A DNA stretch of 63,919 nt, filler included, from Choristocarpus tenellus KU-1152 (Eukaryota; Protista; Phaeophyceae): assembly GCA_964200185.2 (NCBI GenBank). It is 10 parts of 10 records of this genome, joined end to end, with 100 filler letters (N's around TTAATTAATTAA, not from the genome) between each part and the next. Parts side by side here need not be neighbours in the genome. Positions count along the whole stretch, not along the records: positions 27,177 to 52,911 come from CAXNAD020000178.1; positions 53,012 to 56,947 come from CAXNAD020017051.1; positions 57,048 to 60,547 come from CAXNAD020019612.1; positions 60,648 to 63,919 come from CAXNAD020021132.1; 6 more parts are not named here. The stretch is one strand, 5' to 3'. Shown here in pieces: positions 52,401-63,919 of the stretch (the stretch's first letter is position 1; each line of letters opens with the position of its first letter). A program made the translations under genes and the position numbers. The notes beneath the pieces were generated by a model. It was given only the letters and a program-made list of their open reading frames with translations. It was not told the origin of the DNA and searched no databases.

Positions 52401-52574
52401 CTTAGTTGATACTACCTCCTGCCACCCCTAGGTCAGCCTTGTGACCACCCCTAGGTCAGCCTTGTGACCACCCCTAACCCTAAGCTGATCAGCGAACTCC
52501 TCCCAGTCCTAACCCTAACCCTAACCCTAACCATAGCCCTCACATGTAATGCTCGGACAGTCCAAACTCCACTG

Positions 52575-52728
52575 CTGTGAGGGTTAGGGACTGTGAGGGC
52601 TAGGGACTGTGAGGGCTAGGGACTGTGAGGGTTAGGGGCTGTGAGGGTTAGGGACTTTGAGGGCTAGGGACTGTGAGGGCTAGGGACTGTGAGGGCTAGG
52701 GACTGTGAGGGCTAGGGACTGTGAGGGC
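52575..52728. repeat. 16-bp tandem repeat CTGTGAGGG(C/T)TAGGGA x9.6
   Basis: Direct reading. The unit embeds a GGG(C/T)TAGGG telomere-like core. Confidence 0.95.
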
Positions 52729-55700
52729 CGACCCAACTTGTCATGGCAGTGGACTTGCAATGGTCACCTGTTAATAACCTGCACTAAGACCATTGCAAGG
52801 GTTTGCCAAACTGCAAGCACAACCGTGGTATTCAGGGAATGCTTGGACACCCTTCCTACGCAGGGGGGGTCGACAGGGGGGTTGCCAAGCCGACGTTCTG
52901 ACCCTCGACGTNNNNNNNNNNNNNNNNNNNNNNNNNNNNNNNNNNNNNNNNNNNNTTAATTAATTAANNNNNNNNNNNNNNNNNNNNNNNNNNNNNNNNN
53001 NNNNNNNNNNNCCCATCCTCAATGAAAAGCTCCATCCTCAATTGTTGAAATCGGCTGTTCAATATGTTTTGTATCTTGATCGAATCATAAGCCCATCAAT
53101 CAAAGTGACAAATGCAGCATATTTGATGATAATTCATTATGGCGCAGTCATCAAGCCTCATCATCTACCTACAAACTTGAGACCTGATGATGGTACAACC
53201 CCATCTACACTATGTGTGTGAACACAGCGTTTGTAACTTGGAGGTCCTACCGAGTAGCTTCAATCCACAAGCCTGTAGGCCGATTGTGAGGCGTGGAGAT
53301 GATGCATGTTATGTGTCCACAGGTTAGTACCCAACGGACACGGATGGTTTATCAGGTTGTTAGATATAGTATATAGTTATTCTCCAGTTAAGTGTACGAC
53401 TGAAAGATCGACTGTGATAGAGGTATGATGAAAACTTCAATTGCAACATGAAAAGTCGAGTTTTCAGTTGCCATAACATAACTGAAAACTCTCGATTTGT
53501 TGTGAAGCTACAGATTTTACACTATCGAAACTATGGCGACTGAAACGTTCCGATTTTGGTTTGTCCAAGAGGCAAAGCAATTGAGAGGTAGGCAGGGTTT
53601 GCATTTTAAAGATCCCAACAAAGGGAAAAAAGACGCCATCTTGTGCAACTACAGAAAGAGTCTCTGCTTATTTGTGGTGCCACTTTGTGTACGCAACGGA
53701 GAAGATCGATTTTGTGTACACTATAATAATTGTGTACATGAAGAAATGAAATAGGTTGTATTGCACAGAATTAAGAAATGTGGGTTAGAACACAAAGGGG
53801 TCCCAAACCTACCTACCTCTCAATAATTAGTTTGACTCCAAGCGCATACTTGGTGCTCGCGCTGGTGAGAGGGCGAGAAGAAATATATACGCCTATCGCC
53901 TGTAACGCCAAGAGGCTAACCACTACCCCCTATTTTATGAATACCACAAGATATTAAGTCTACCTTTCATTACTTTGAGTGCAATACACTTACACTTCCG
54001 TTGGCTTGACATGGGAAGAGGGGAGGGGTTCATCGTACAAGATTGGTCGAAATGATAGTAACCTTCTTTGATTTGATCAACTTTGAGCCAACCTCTGTGG
54101 CGATACAGCGTTAATATAGTAGTAGAATTTATTGTAAGGTCGCAGGGGAATTTATTTGTATCATGGTATGAAAGACACCTCCAAGTCATCTGATTTCTGT
54201 CATTGAGGTTGGATTGATTGGGTACATAGCTTTTGAAGACAGAAATGAGATTGTTGTATGTTAAATAGAATTTACGAAAGTATATGTAACTTGATGATAG
54301 TACAATAGTGCTGGTCTCTGAAAGAGGAGGTTATTATGCTGTGTTGATTGCACTTTTTGACACTTGATGGAGCGATGTGCTGTTGATGTCCTTAATCGTC
54401 TTGTTAGGAGAGACTTTTGTAAGTAATTGAGGGTTTAGTCATAATTTGTACAGTGATAACTTGTTTCACAATAGTTGGGTGGTTCAGTTCTTGGTTATGT
54501 CACAGTCGTGTGAAACCCCATTCCGTCTATATCGCTTTCATGATACGACGCTCTGGAGCGAGCTATGGAGTCGTGGGGAATTTCTTGGATTCAATGGTTC
54601 TATCGGGTCGTTTTTGAAGGAGTTAGAGATTCTTAGAGAGAGAGAGATGGCTTTGTTCATTGTAGAGTAGGCGGTGCAGCGAAAGGTTTCAATCGTAGTG
54701 GGAAGTACTGGATGCGGGATTTATTGGATTACAAGCACAATCTTTAGTCATCACTAGGTTGTATTTTAACTTTGGAGTGTGATCTGTATGATATCAGTAT
54801 CCAGGTTAAGGGTAGGGTAGATCAGACTTCAGCTGTGGGCGTTCTTCGTCTGTGCCCGTCCTCGCCTCAGATTAGAATTCGTATAAACTTACTCCCAACA
54901 GAGTCACTTTATCAGTGCCATAGGTAATTGCAGGTTGCTAAGTCGGACTGTTGGGAATATGGACTGTACTGGCTCTCATGACAGGGCTCAGATGTGTCGG
55001 ATGGGCGTTTTGGCCGAGCTCTTTGGGATGACCTCGTCAGCTTTACGACTCTCCTTCGTTGGATTCTTATTCCTATTGTGGCATACAGGGCATGCTGCCG
55101 AGTCAGGTGATCCACCCCGTCCGTGAGTTAAGCAGACTACTTGGTTGTTTGGACCAACTTGACTCGTCCTTTTCCACGCCAAGAGCGTGGAGCCATATGT
55201 TTGTCATAACGCTTACAAATTATGGCGACAAGATACTTTCTGTTTCGCGAAACACTTTAAATTCGACCCTGCACCATCTTGTGGTTTCTCTTGACCCTCG
55301 TCTACTTCTTGTTCTCGTTTATCTATGTCCGAACCCCCCAGGTATGGAGGCCAGGACTGGATCTCAAGAGGCGGAGGTGTGCGCTGGCTCTGGCACGTCT
55401 GGGGAACAGACATGCTCCCAGGATGTCACTCGGGAAAACACTGTATTCCAGGGACTCCTTGGTGAGACTAAGGCATGAATCTAGCTTTTACTAGTTGTTT
55501 TCGCCGCCTGCTTTTATGGTGGCGTCCCATATCCTATACTTTCGCTGTGTGCTATGTCACCCAACCCATTTGACGATGCAGGGGTTACATTCAATTTACA
55601 CTGTCTTGGGGTGTGTTGAGATATATGCTTATAATGATTCAGATGTTTTGTTGTGTTGTTTCTCAACACCTGCCAGCAAATGGGAGTGCTGGGGTTCAGG

Positions 55701-58090
55701 TTCTGGTCATATAGGTTATATCTTGGGAGTTTACGTGTGTAAAGCGAATGTTTGACCTTGCTCAGTGTTTCAAGCTCATATTCAAGCCTAAGGGGAGAGG
55801 ATGGTCACTGGGGCTAGATTACAACAAGAACAAATGCGGTGAAGCTCTCACCTTCAAGCAGTATGGTATGGAAAACATTGGTGGGGTGCATTGATGCTCT
55901 CACACCGAAAATTCACATAATATGATATGACGGACTGAGTGATGATATTGGAGTAGGTATCAATGAAGGTGTTATATTGCGCACAATGTGCCTATTGCAA
56001 TCCTCAAACTCTATCTTGATAATCCATAATCCATGACAAGCACATCCATAGTCCATGTTTTCTAATTCTCATTTGTTGTAGGGCAATACGAAACCCGAAT
56101 CTGACTTCTGTAGAGAGATGTGAATGTTTATGTTATGTTAGTATTGATGCAGCTGTATGGAGGACATGGAGACGAATTGTCTGGAGTGGTACAGGCTGGT
56201 CTGGTCAAGACCCAGAAGATTTTTGAAAATATTTTGGTGTTCCCACATGTTTGAAAGGAAAGTTTGGGTATCATTTTGTGGGAAAGCTTGAAACAACATA
56301 ATGAAGTCAAAGTGGTACATGATTCAAAAAGTGGTACAGCTTGTGCAAAGCATGGAGACGATTTCAGCGATTTTGGGATAAACTCAAGTTGTAGTCCTGT
56401 CTCCAATTCCAAACCAAACAACTTACCTGAGTCAACTACAACCTGTCACCCTGCAGTTCCCTTACGATTCCACAATAGTGTTGATTTTAGCATTCATGTA
56501 GAATAGACACAGCAGAGCCAGATGGGGCAGACTAAAATTTTGACTCTTTAATACTAAACCTTGAGTTGTGTTGTAGAGCTCCACTCTGCTTTGATGAAAA
56601 GTAGAGTAATTCATTTTATAGAATAGTAAGACTATGAATCCAGCTCCTCTTTCTGTTGTCCAGTGTATTATTTGTGTTTGATGTAATGACACCATTTATT
56701 TCATGATTGTTGTTCGAGAATATTGGGTGAGAATTCTGAATTCAGGGTTTGTGCCCCTATGTTCTAAGATGTTAATGTGCGAGGTTACCCATCTTACATC
56801 TGCGTATTTACACCTAATGGGTTTTTGCTTACTTTGGCAATGATAGATCCAGATGTGCGAGGAGCAAAATTCCTCCGCGGGGAGGTTCTTTTTGTTTGCA
56901 GTTGGCTTCTATTGACTGGAAAAGAGCAAAACAACAGGGGGGGGGGGNNNNNNNNNNNNNNNNNNNNNNNNNNNNNNNNNNNNNNNNNNNNTTAATTAAT
57001 TAANNNNNNNNNNNNNNNNNNNNNNNNNNNNNNNNNNNNNNNNNNNNAAAAAAGGTCATAAAAGGGGCCCTTCTGAAAAACCTTGAGGTACTTTTTAAAG
57101 ACCGTTTTCGCAAAACAACCATCCTCATGGGCTATCCCCAATTTTGAGGATCCCCTGTTACTCCCAACTATGTATGGTGTAGGTTATGGAAAATGTGGAA
57201 GAGGATAATGATATAATCTATTAGATTTTTATTATTTTGCCCGCTAACATTTTGCAGATGTGTCAGGGGGGAAACCAATGAAAACTATACATGTGTCGTT
57301 ATTAGCCCTAAAGAAATAAAATATCCTAAACGTAAGAACACTATAAAACACTGTAAGTAAGTGTGGAAACCACTAATCTATCAGTTACTTCACCAATATA
57401 AAATATTGTACTGCTGTCGTCCTTTGCTTCCCATATACCTTCTTCTGTGCCCCGGGGGGGGGAACTAGGGAGCCGTCCCAAGAATCCAACTGACCCCTTC
57501 GTGTGCCCCTTCTATATATTCGTATCCTACATATTATTATTTTATTGAACATAGAATGTGTGCATTTCCAACCAAAGTAGTGTTAGGATAATAATAAGTA
57601 TTGGTATTAGTACAGGTAAACGAGGAAAGTCCATCAACATCATGAGAAATCCATAATCTGTACACGCCTTCATGGCCTCTACCAACGAGGTGTACAAAAA
57701 GCTACAGAATTGAACAATCTGGTTACTTTAGAGGACCACAAGCACAGAAACGAGGTGAACCAAGGTCTCGTAAAAGCCTCTACTCCTGAGACAGAGAGGC
57801 TAAGTAGATCGACATATTTTCGTCCTTCTGTTGCTGTGAATGGGTCGGAATCTAGTGAAGAAGTGAAAACCAGCAGTTCAGACTTTCGACTAGTCGCTTT
57901 CTCTGGAGATCGTTTCACGTCGGCGGACGTCGAGACACCCTGAGCGAGCACGGAGAGTGTGCTTGTCCAAACGCTATCCCAAATTGTGGAAAATTCGTGG
58001 TCCGTGGATATTGATTTTTTTGAGCAGCAAGGCTGTTCGCGTTACTTTATACATTTCGACAACCTCTGGCAAAGTTCGTGAGTACCAGCA

Positions 58091-59945
58091 ATGGCGGGGT
58101 TTGGGATGGGATTCGGAGATCTGATGGGGGGGGCTATGGGCGTTGGCCGTGGTGTTGGAGGCTTTTCTCGTGGGTTTGAGGAGCAATACCATTGCTACCC
58201 TGTCTCGTTTCAGGTGAGTGTTGGGTATTGACGGGGGTTGGGGGATTCAGCGTAACTTTACCAGCTGTGTTGAAGCTGTTGCTTACTCGCAATCCTCTCC
58301 ATGTAGCTTCTCCTCTCGTAGAAACTTTGATGCCTTCAAAGGCAGTGGGCAAGTAAAGTGCTCAATGCGTAGAGTCCGGGAGTAGGTGGGCCTCTTTGTA
58401 CACCCTTGGAGAACTGAGATGTGGGCATGATGTACTATCCCCGAGCAGTTCACTGTATCTTCACATTCACACAAGATGTTTCTGGTGAATACCGGTATAG
58501 AAGAAAATGTGGGCAACGTTTACTCCCAAAATGTTCTTCTCCGTCTGTCATTCGGCCCTCGTTGGTTGTGCGCCCCTACATCTGCCTTTCGCTCCAGACT
58601 TTGCGCAGTATGACTTGATCCCTGACACTGTCAGAGAAAAACTTTTCCACCTTATCGCATCAAGCAGCAGGCCTTAGCCATCAGGGTGGTTGTACTTCCT
58701 TCCTCTACACTTTACGTGACCGGAGAGGATGGCATGCAATTCCGTAGGCTGTACTTGAAAACATGGGACTCCTCAGCTAATATCTGGTCTTACTTCAATG
58801 CAGTGCCATCATCGGTATTACTTGAGGCAGATGGGATATAGATATTTGTGCAGAATACTTTCCACAATGGGAATAGGACTGGTAAGCCACCAATGGTGGA
58901 GCCAATGACATCCGTGATTTTTCCTTCCAGCATTCTCCCCTCCCTAACAACCAACTTTACACATGGGTTATATAAAGGGTAGACAGTACTGCAGGCATAA
59001 AGTCCCACCACTTTTCCCTAGCACTGATATTTTTTATCCTCCTGCCCATTACATCACTCCCACTCCCATCATTAACCTGTTCCCAGGACAAGGAACACTT
59101 GGAGGCAGGGGACAAAATCTTGCTTCCCTCGTCTGCACTGGATGCACTGGCCAGGCAGCAGGTGGAATACCCCATGCTGTTTGAGATATCTAATCCTGCA
59201 GAGGTAAGATCTTGAGCTGTGCGGTGAGTCGTTTTGATACAATGATGTGATGTTGTGAGGGATTTGTGCACATTTGTGCAATAGAGGGAAAGAGGGGATG
59301 CTATCATCTCTTTGATGTTCTCCTACAGTAGGTCAGAATTTCTTATTGGCAATGTCCTCTCGGCATTGCCTTTGATTATTGTAAGGTGTTTGCTTTGGTT
59401 TGTGTACTCTTGTTTCTCATGCACGTTTTTATCTTCAAAGTGAAACTATCTCTTCAAAGCAGGTCCCCAGTATTTTATATACCATTAATCCTATAAGTGG
59501 AAAGATAGATACAGTTCATGCTGCATGGTGTAAAACTGCTATTATTGACCATCGATACTTCCACCTGCTGCCCTGATTGCTCACTGGAGAAGTCTGGTAA
59601 ATCCCCAAAATCAGTGTATTTTTACTTTAAAGTAGTACTTTCCTACTCTCCTATTGTAGATGCCATTTTCCAATTAATGCTGTTTTAACCTGAGTTGCAT
59701 TATGTTGAAGTATATCTATGTGTGCATCTTTGTGTGTGCTCTTTTCTGGGACGGCCTATGGCTGCTTTGTACCTATTGTTACGCTATTGTGCATGCTTTG
59801 TGGCATCAAGAGCAAGAGAACCCACTGTGGTGTACTGGAGTTCTCTGCCCCAGAGGGCAGTTGCTATATCCCCTACTGGATGATGCAAAACCTGCTTCTG
59901 GAAGCTGGATCGCTGCTCACCGTCAAGAATGTCTCTCTCCCCAAG
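58091..59945 (+). CDS. UFD1: UFD1 (ubiquitin fusion degradation 1), first three exons: 58091-58213, 59087-59203, 59811-59945
   Basis: [12 protein letters not shown]|[34 protein letters not shown]|[28 protein letters not shown]...VSLPK; phase-0 GT-AG introns. Confidence 0.96.
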
Positions 59946-62674
59946 GTAAGGGGTTTGAAGATTGAGTGAGTAAAACATGTACATTTGTGCACATCTTCAA
60001 TTTGCTTAGCAGTTCGCACAGTCAGGCAAAAGGGGAATTGCAATTGCATTGGTGGGTACAAGGGGTGTCCCTGATGCTCTCAGCAGTCAAAGTTCAAGTC
60101 TGTAGCTTGTTCCTTCCCTGGTACATACTTTTGAACTATTGCAAATAGAGGAGAGTGTGCTTGCTGTTTTTTTTATTTTGACCGGTTCCAAGGTGGTGTG
60201 AAGAAGGAGGGAATGGCATTATAGCTGATAACCAACCTTGTGTTTAGATTGTCAAGAGTTGATTGTCATTTGTTGCTTTTTGACTTGTACGGAGCCTGGG
60301 CTGTGGACTTTTTCATGTGCTGCACATGACTTGGTGATTGCTAGCCCCCTTTCATTATTTCAATCTAATGTACAAAATCCTATGTACTACTGTATGCAGA
60401 GAGCTCTATGTATAGTCCCTTCTATTGACATATGTGCTCTATAATAATTCAACAGGATATGACAGAACTTTTTATTGAGGGTATGGGCCAACAGATAAGC
60501 TTATTTCTTACGCACTCCTGCTCTCTCTCCCCCCCGCCCTCCTAAACNNNNNNNNNNNNNNNNNNNNNNNNNNNNNNNNNNNNNNNNNNNNTTAATTAAT
60601 TAANNNNNNNNNNNNNNNNNNNNNNNNNNNNNNNNNNNNNNNNNNNNATATAGATTGTGTGCCGCTTTTTTAGGGCATACACAGGGGTGAACAAAATCGG
60701 GGTAGGTACTGTAATGTATTTTTTACAAAGTCCCAACAAGAGTGTTCACACAAATGAAATTCATTTTGGTTTTTTGGTCTATAAGCCTTAAGAAAGTGTA
60801 TTACAAAAATCATTTTGCGCAAAATGAAATTCACTATCAAAGAGAAAATATTCACTACCAAGAAAAAAATCCAAAAAACAAGAAACGTCACCCGAAGGTG
60901 ACCATCAGATTCAAACCGTCTTCAACAGCAGGGTTAGTGAGCGCCCCCGTGACGAAAGAGAAGTCTGCCATAGCACGTGATAGTTTCTGTCTATTTCGAA
61001 CCTTCCCTGAACATTCCTCAGTGGATTGAGCGATGGAGGTAGGTCTTTGCCCGATTGGTGTCTACTTCTATCGCTTGCCTTGTCTGTGGCTAAAGCAAGT
61101 GGGGATCGAAGCACAGACTGGTGAACGGACGTGACTGGTCGAACGGGTTCTGATGCATTGCTTTTTGGAATGAAAGAGGTTCGCATTTCGCAGGAAAAGA
61201 AGCAGGTTATTTGTTTGCGGCAGCACTGACAGCGGGCTAGGAATTCTGGGTTAAAACAGGTTGAATCATCGGTGCGAGGGTTGAAAGTATTCTCTTGACA
61301 AACTCTGCCTGTGGCAGCGAAGTTTGGCTTGATACCTCATCGTGCATGGACATCCTGATCTGGCGAGGTAGTCCTAGTTCCTTCCTAAGGATCGGGGCTT
61401 CAGCTGAGGCGGCGAAAGGGTGTGACATGCTAGCAAGCATAACACCCGCATCTCCCATGGTACCCAAACCATTGTAAGTGTTCTTGTACATTGCAGCTTT
61501 GTAGCGTTTTGGTTAGCCAAAACAAATGCTGATTGGTCGTTTCGATTGGTGGAATGAATCTTCACTATCGTTTTTCACTAGAAATGGAAAATTGATCAAA
61601 TTTGAAAATGCAAACAACACCACATGTTGAGCACATTTTATATACACATACGTATATAGCTTTCATTGGTTTTCCATCTGCAAAATGTCAGAGGGCATAA
61701 TAATAAAATACCACTAGACATCGGAGGGACACTTAAAACATTTTTTATAGTGAAATCCATTTTGCACAAGCACTACAATGAACCAAATTCCACCTACCAG
61801 CAACTCAACAACAAAATATAGTGTATAACAATCATTTTTCGATTATTTACATTTGAACTTTTATAAAATATCACGCGAGACCGCGCGAAACAGACCCGCT
61901 AGGATACACTCGTGCATATTTTTTGTGACCAAGTCCTTGTGTTGGGTTGCTACTACCAGTTTAGGAGGAGCCTCGTTCATATAAGGTACCCAAATACGGG
62001 CGTTGCACGGGTAATGAGTTGATCATAGACGGAAAAAATGTGGAGTGTACTATGAGGTGCCTTGATCACCTGGTTGCACACAGATGACTTTGCAGAAGTT
62101 GTCCAATATTGAAGTCTATCGTTTCAATGGAGGGTAGATTTGTAGGCTTCTTTCTCTCTGTTAAGACATGATCCTCGTCCCACCTACTTGAAAAGGGTTA
62201 ACAGAATTCACCACTATTTGAGCGTAAAACCGATCGCTTCTTGTTGCTTGCCACAGTGACAACAAGCAGTAAACAGTCCGTGTTTCCTTACATGGGAAGG
62301 TACTGAGTTGGCCGCAGGAAGAGTGGCACTGTTACTTGGAGGTGTCCTTTGACTGGAGAAACGTGCAGCCTAAATAGGGGTGGGGATACGTTGTTGTGTT
62401 TGGGGGCAGGACTGATTCCAAGGTTCATTATAGGTTCAGTATAGGGCAGCTGGATGTGTTTGATTTAATATCTGGAGAAGGTATCGCATGCAACGCATGA
62501 AGCATCGATCACGAAACAAAACCCCGTAACCACCCATGTTCCTTCCGTTCATTTTCAAGGGAGGCTCACTTGTTTTCAAAGCCTGCGGACCTAAGTAGAA
62601 GACTAGAACTTCCATCGAAAAGTTCACTAGGTACGGAAGGGTGATCTGGCTCTTCTCCTCAGCAGTTCCTGGTA

Positions 62675-63201
62675 ATGGCCCTGCCCGAACTGCGTCCACC
62701 ATTAAGAGATCTCGAGCTGTACGAAACCAAGAATTGGTTCTTCCTTGTGGGCCGTGACAAGCACACATTCCGTATCTTGAACATTAACAGAGAAGAGGAA
62801 GGTCACGGTTGGATACAACAAGATCAGCATGACTACACAAGAAAGCAGTTGCACCAGAGACTTGAGGAAATACGGATGGCTGATGGAGGAAATGAGCTGA
62901 ATCTTGTGTGCAAGGTTGTCATGCGAAACTTGCGTCCATGCGTTTGTATGTGTTTTTTTGGATGAAAGTTTGATACCACGAGCACATACAAGGGATTGAC
63001 GGGAAAGAAAGGTTCTAAGTTCACTTGTATTCGACCACAGCATATGATCCAAGAGATATGTCATGGACTGGAGAGTAAACCAGGCCAATTCAATTATGTA
63101 CATTTTCCCAACCCTGTTCCCATTGCCAGGCATATGGCTTGATTGGTGTGGTAAAGCTGCTGGAATGCCGCTACCTGTATCTGATAACAGGACGAAAAAA
63201 G
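62675..63201 (+). CDS. FIG4: SAC-domain phosphoinositide phosphatase (FIG4-like), N-terminal exons 62675-62914 and 63130-63201
   Basis: LYETKNWFFLVG...FRILNINR...Y and AYGLIGVVKLLECRYLYLITGRKK match the FIG4/SAC N-terminus; phase-0 intron. Confidence 0.8.
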
Positions 63202-63533
63202 GTGATTACTTGCATGATACATGAGTTTTCAATTGCTTGCACATTGTTATGTTTTACAAACAAGTCTAAGGAAAATTAGCGTTTTGCCTGGAACATCACG
63301 GTAGAGCGATATAGCTGGTAATTTTAATATGGTGGTTGCAGGGTCTTCTCCCCAAGACTTGAGCAGTGTGTAATGTATCTGTTGAGTGAAAACAAATTAG
63401 ATCTTGACAAATGGTGCAAAATGATCATACAGACCTCATTTACTTCTAACAAGTAATATTATGACCAATAGTGAAGATCCAATAAATATCCAAATTTGAT
63501 TGTTTAAAACCAGCATAAGCAATTGAATATATA

Positions 63534-63919
63534 CAGTACTGTGCAAAACGTTTAGTACAAATACAAAATTGGAGTTCCAGACAGGACAACGATTTGAAGC
63601 ATACAGCGAAGAAGAACCTTCTTTTGCCTATTTGAAAGGTGACCGGTGGCCTGCGACCTTGATGGAATGGCCTGCACAGTCGCCTGATTTAAATCCCATT
63701 GAGAACCTACGGCATCATCTAGACTCACAAGTACAAAAGAGGTTCCGAAAACCGAAAAACCTGGATGAATTGTTCGTGTTCGATGCACTACGAGAAGAGT
63801 GGGAAAACATAAATAAAACATAAATCCGGAATATCTCAAGAATCTCGTGCACTCTATGCCAAAAAGATGCAGAGATGTCGTGGACGCTAAAGGATATTGG
63901 ACCAAGTATTAGATAGAAG
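63534..63919 (+). mobile_element. Internally deleted Tc1 (DD34E) element in the FIG4-like intron
   Basis: TA|CAGTACTGTGCAAAA Tc1-type terminus, followed almost at once by WPAQSPDLNPIENL...EEW...SMPKRCRDVVDAKGYWTKY. Confidence 0.9.

Larger units (their letters stand above)
31014..52532. repeat. Dozens of short interstitial telomeric arrays (TTAGGG/CCCTAA)2-4 in both orientations
   Basis: Examples at 31014, 32467, 33216, 34821, 35154, 36333, 36956, 37758, 38062, 38427, 40075, 44379, 45611, 47116, 47977, 51000, 52000, 52057 and 52508. Confidence 0.95.

Noticed and set aside
31014-52532. True chromosome end or programmed fragmentation sites
   Set aside because: The arrays are short, internal and in both orientations, and intact spliced genes span them. 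There is no terminal tract.
53900-56500. Possible decayed LINE or DNA-transposon coding remnants
   Set aside because: Too degenerate to support a family call by eye.
60911-61491. Putative two-exon gene divergent from the FIG4-like gene
   Set aside because: The candidate splice join gives an in-frame stop, and no homology was recognised.

Overview
Eukaryotic nuclear DNA, intron- and repeat-rich. A stramenopile/brown-alga-like origin is inferred from the TE repertoire, not proven. The window is about 10 contigs joined by artificial 100-nt N..TTAATTAATTAA..N spacers, so adjacency across spacers means nothing. Spliced genes reconstructed by eye: a complete 12-exon ALKBH8/TRM9-like tRNA methyltransferase (28014-39923, +) whose AlkB-like domain seems to have lost its catalytic residues; the 3' five exons of DCAF13/SOF1 (44873-50699, -); the 5' exons of UFD1 and of a FIG4/SAC phosphatase; and the 3' end of a TBC-like protein. 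Mobile DNA: an RT-less Ty3/Gypsy remnant, a DD39D mariner relic, a Tc1 relic, CRE-like RLE retrotransposon fragments, and two related MITE families with shared CAAAGTATCT termini and 4-bp TSDs (Sola-like). The most striking signal is dozens of short telomeric (TTAGGG)n arrays in both orientations across about 21 kb of one contig (31.0-52.7 kb). They lie in introns, intergenic DNA and a dead transposase but not in exons. Some sit at small local duplications, and they occur alongside many other expanded hexamer repeats.
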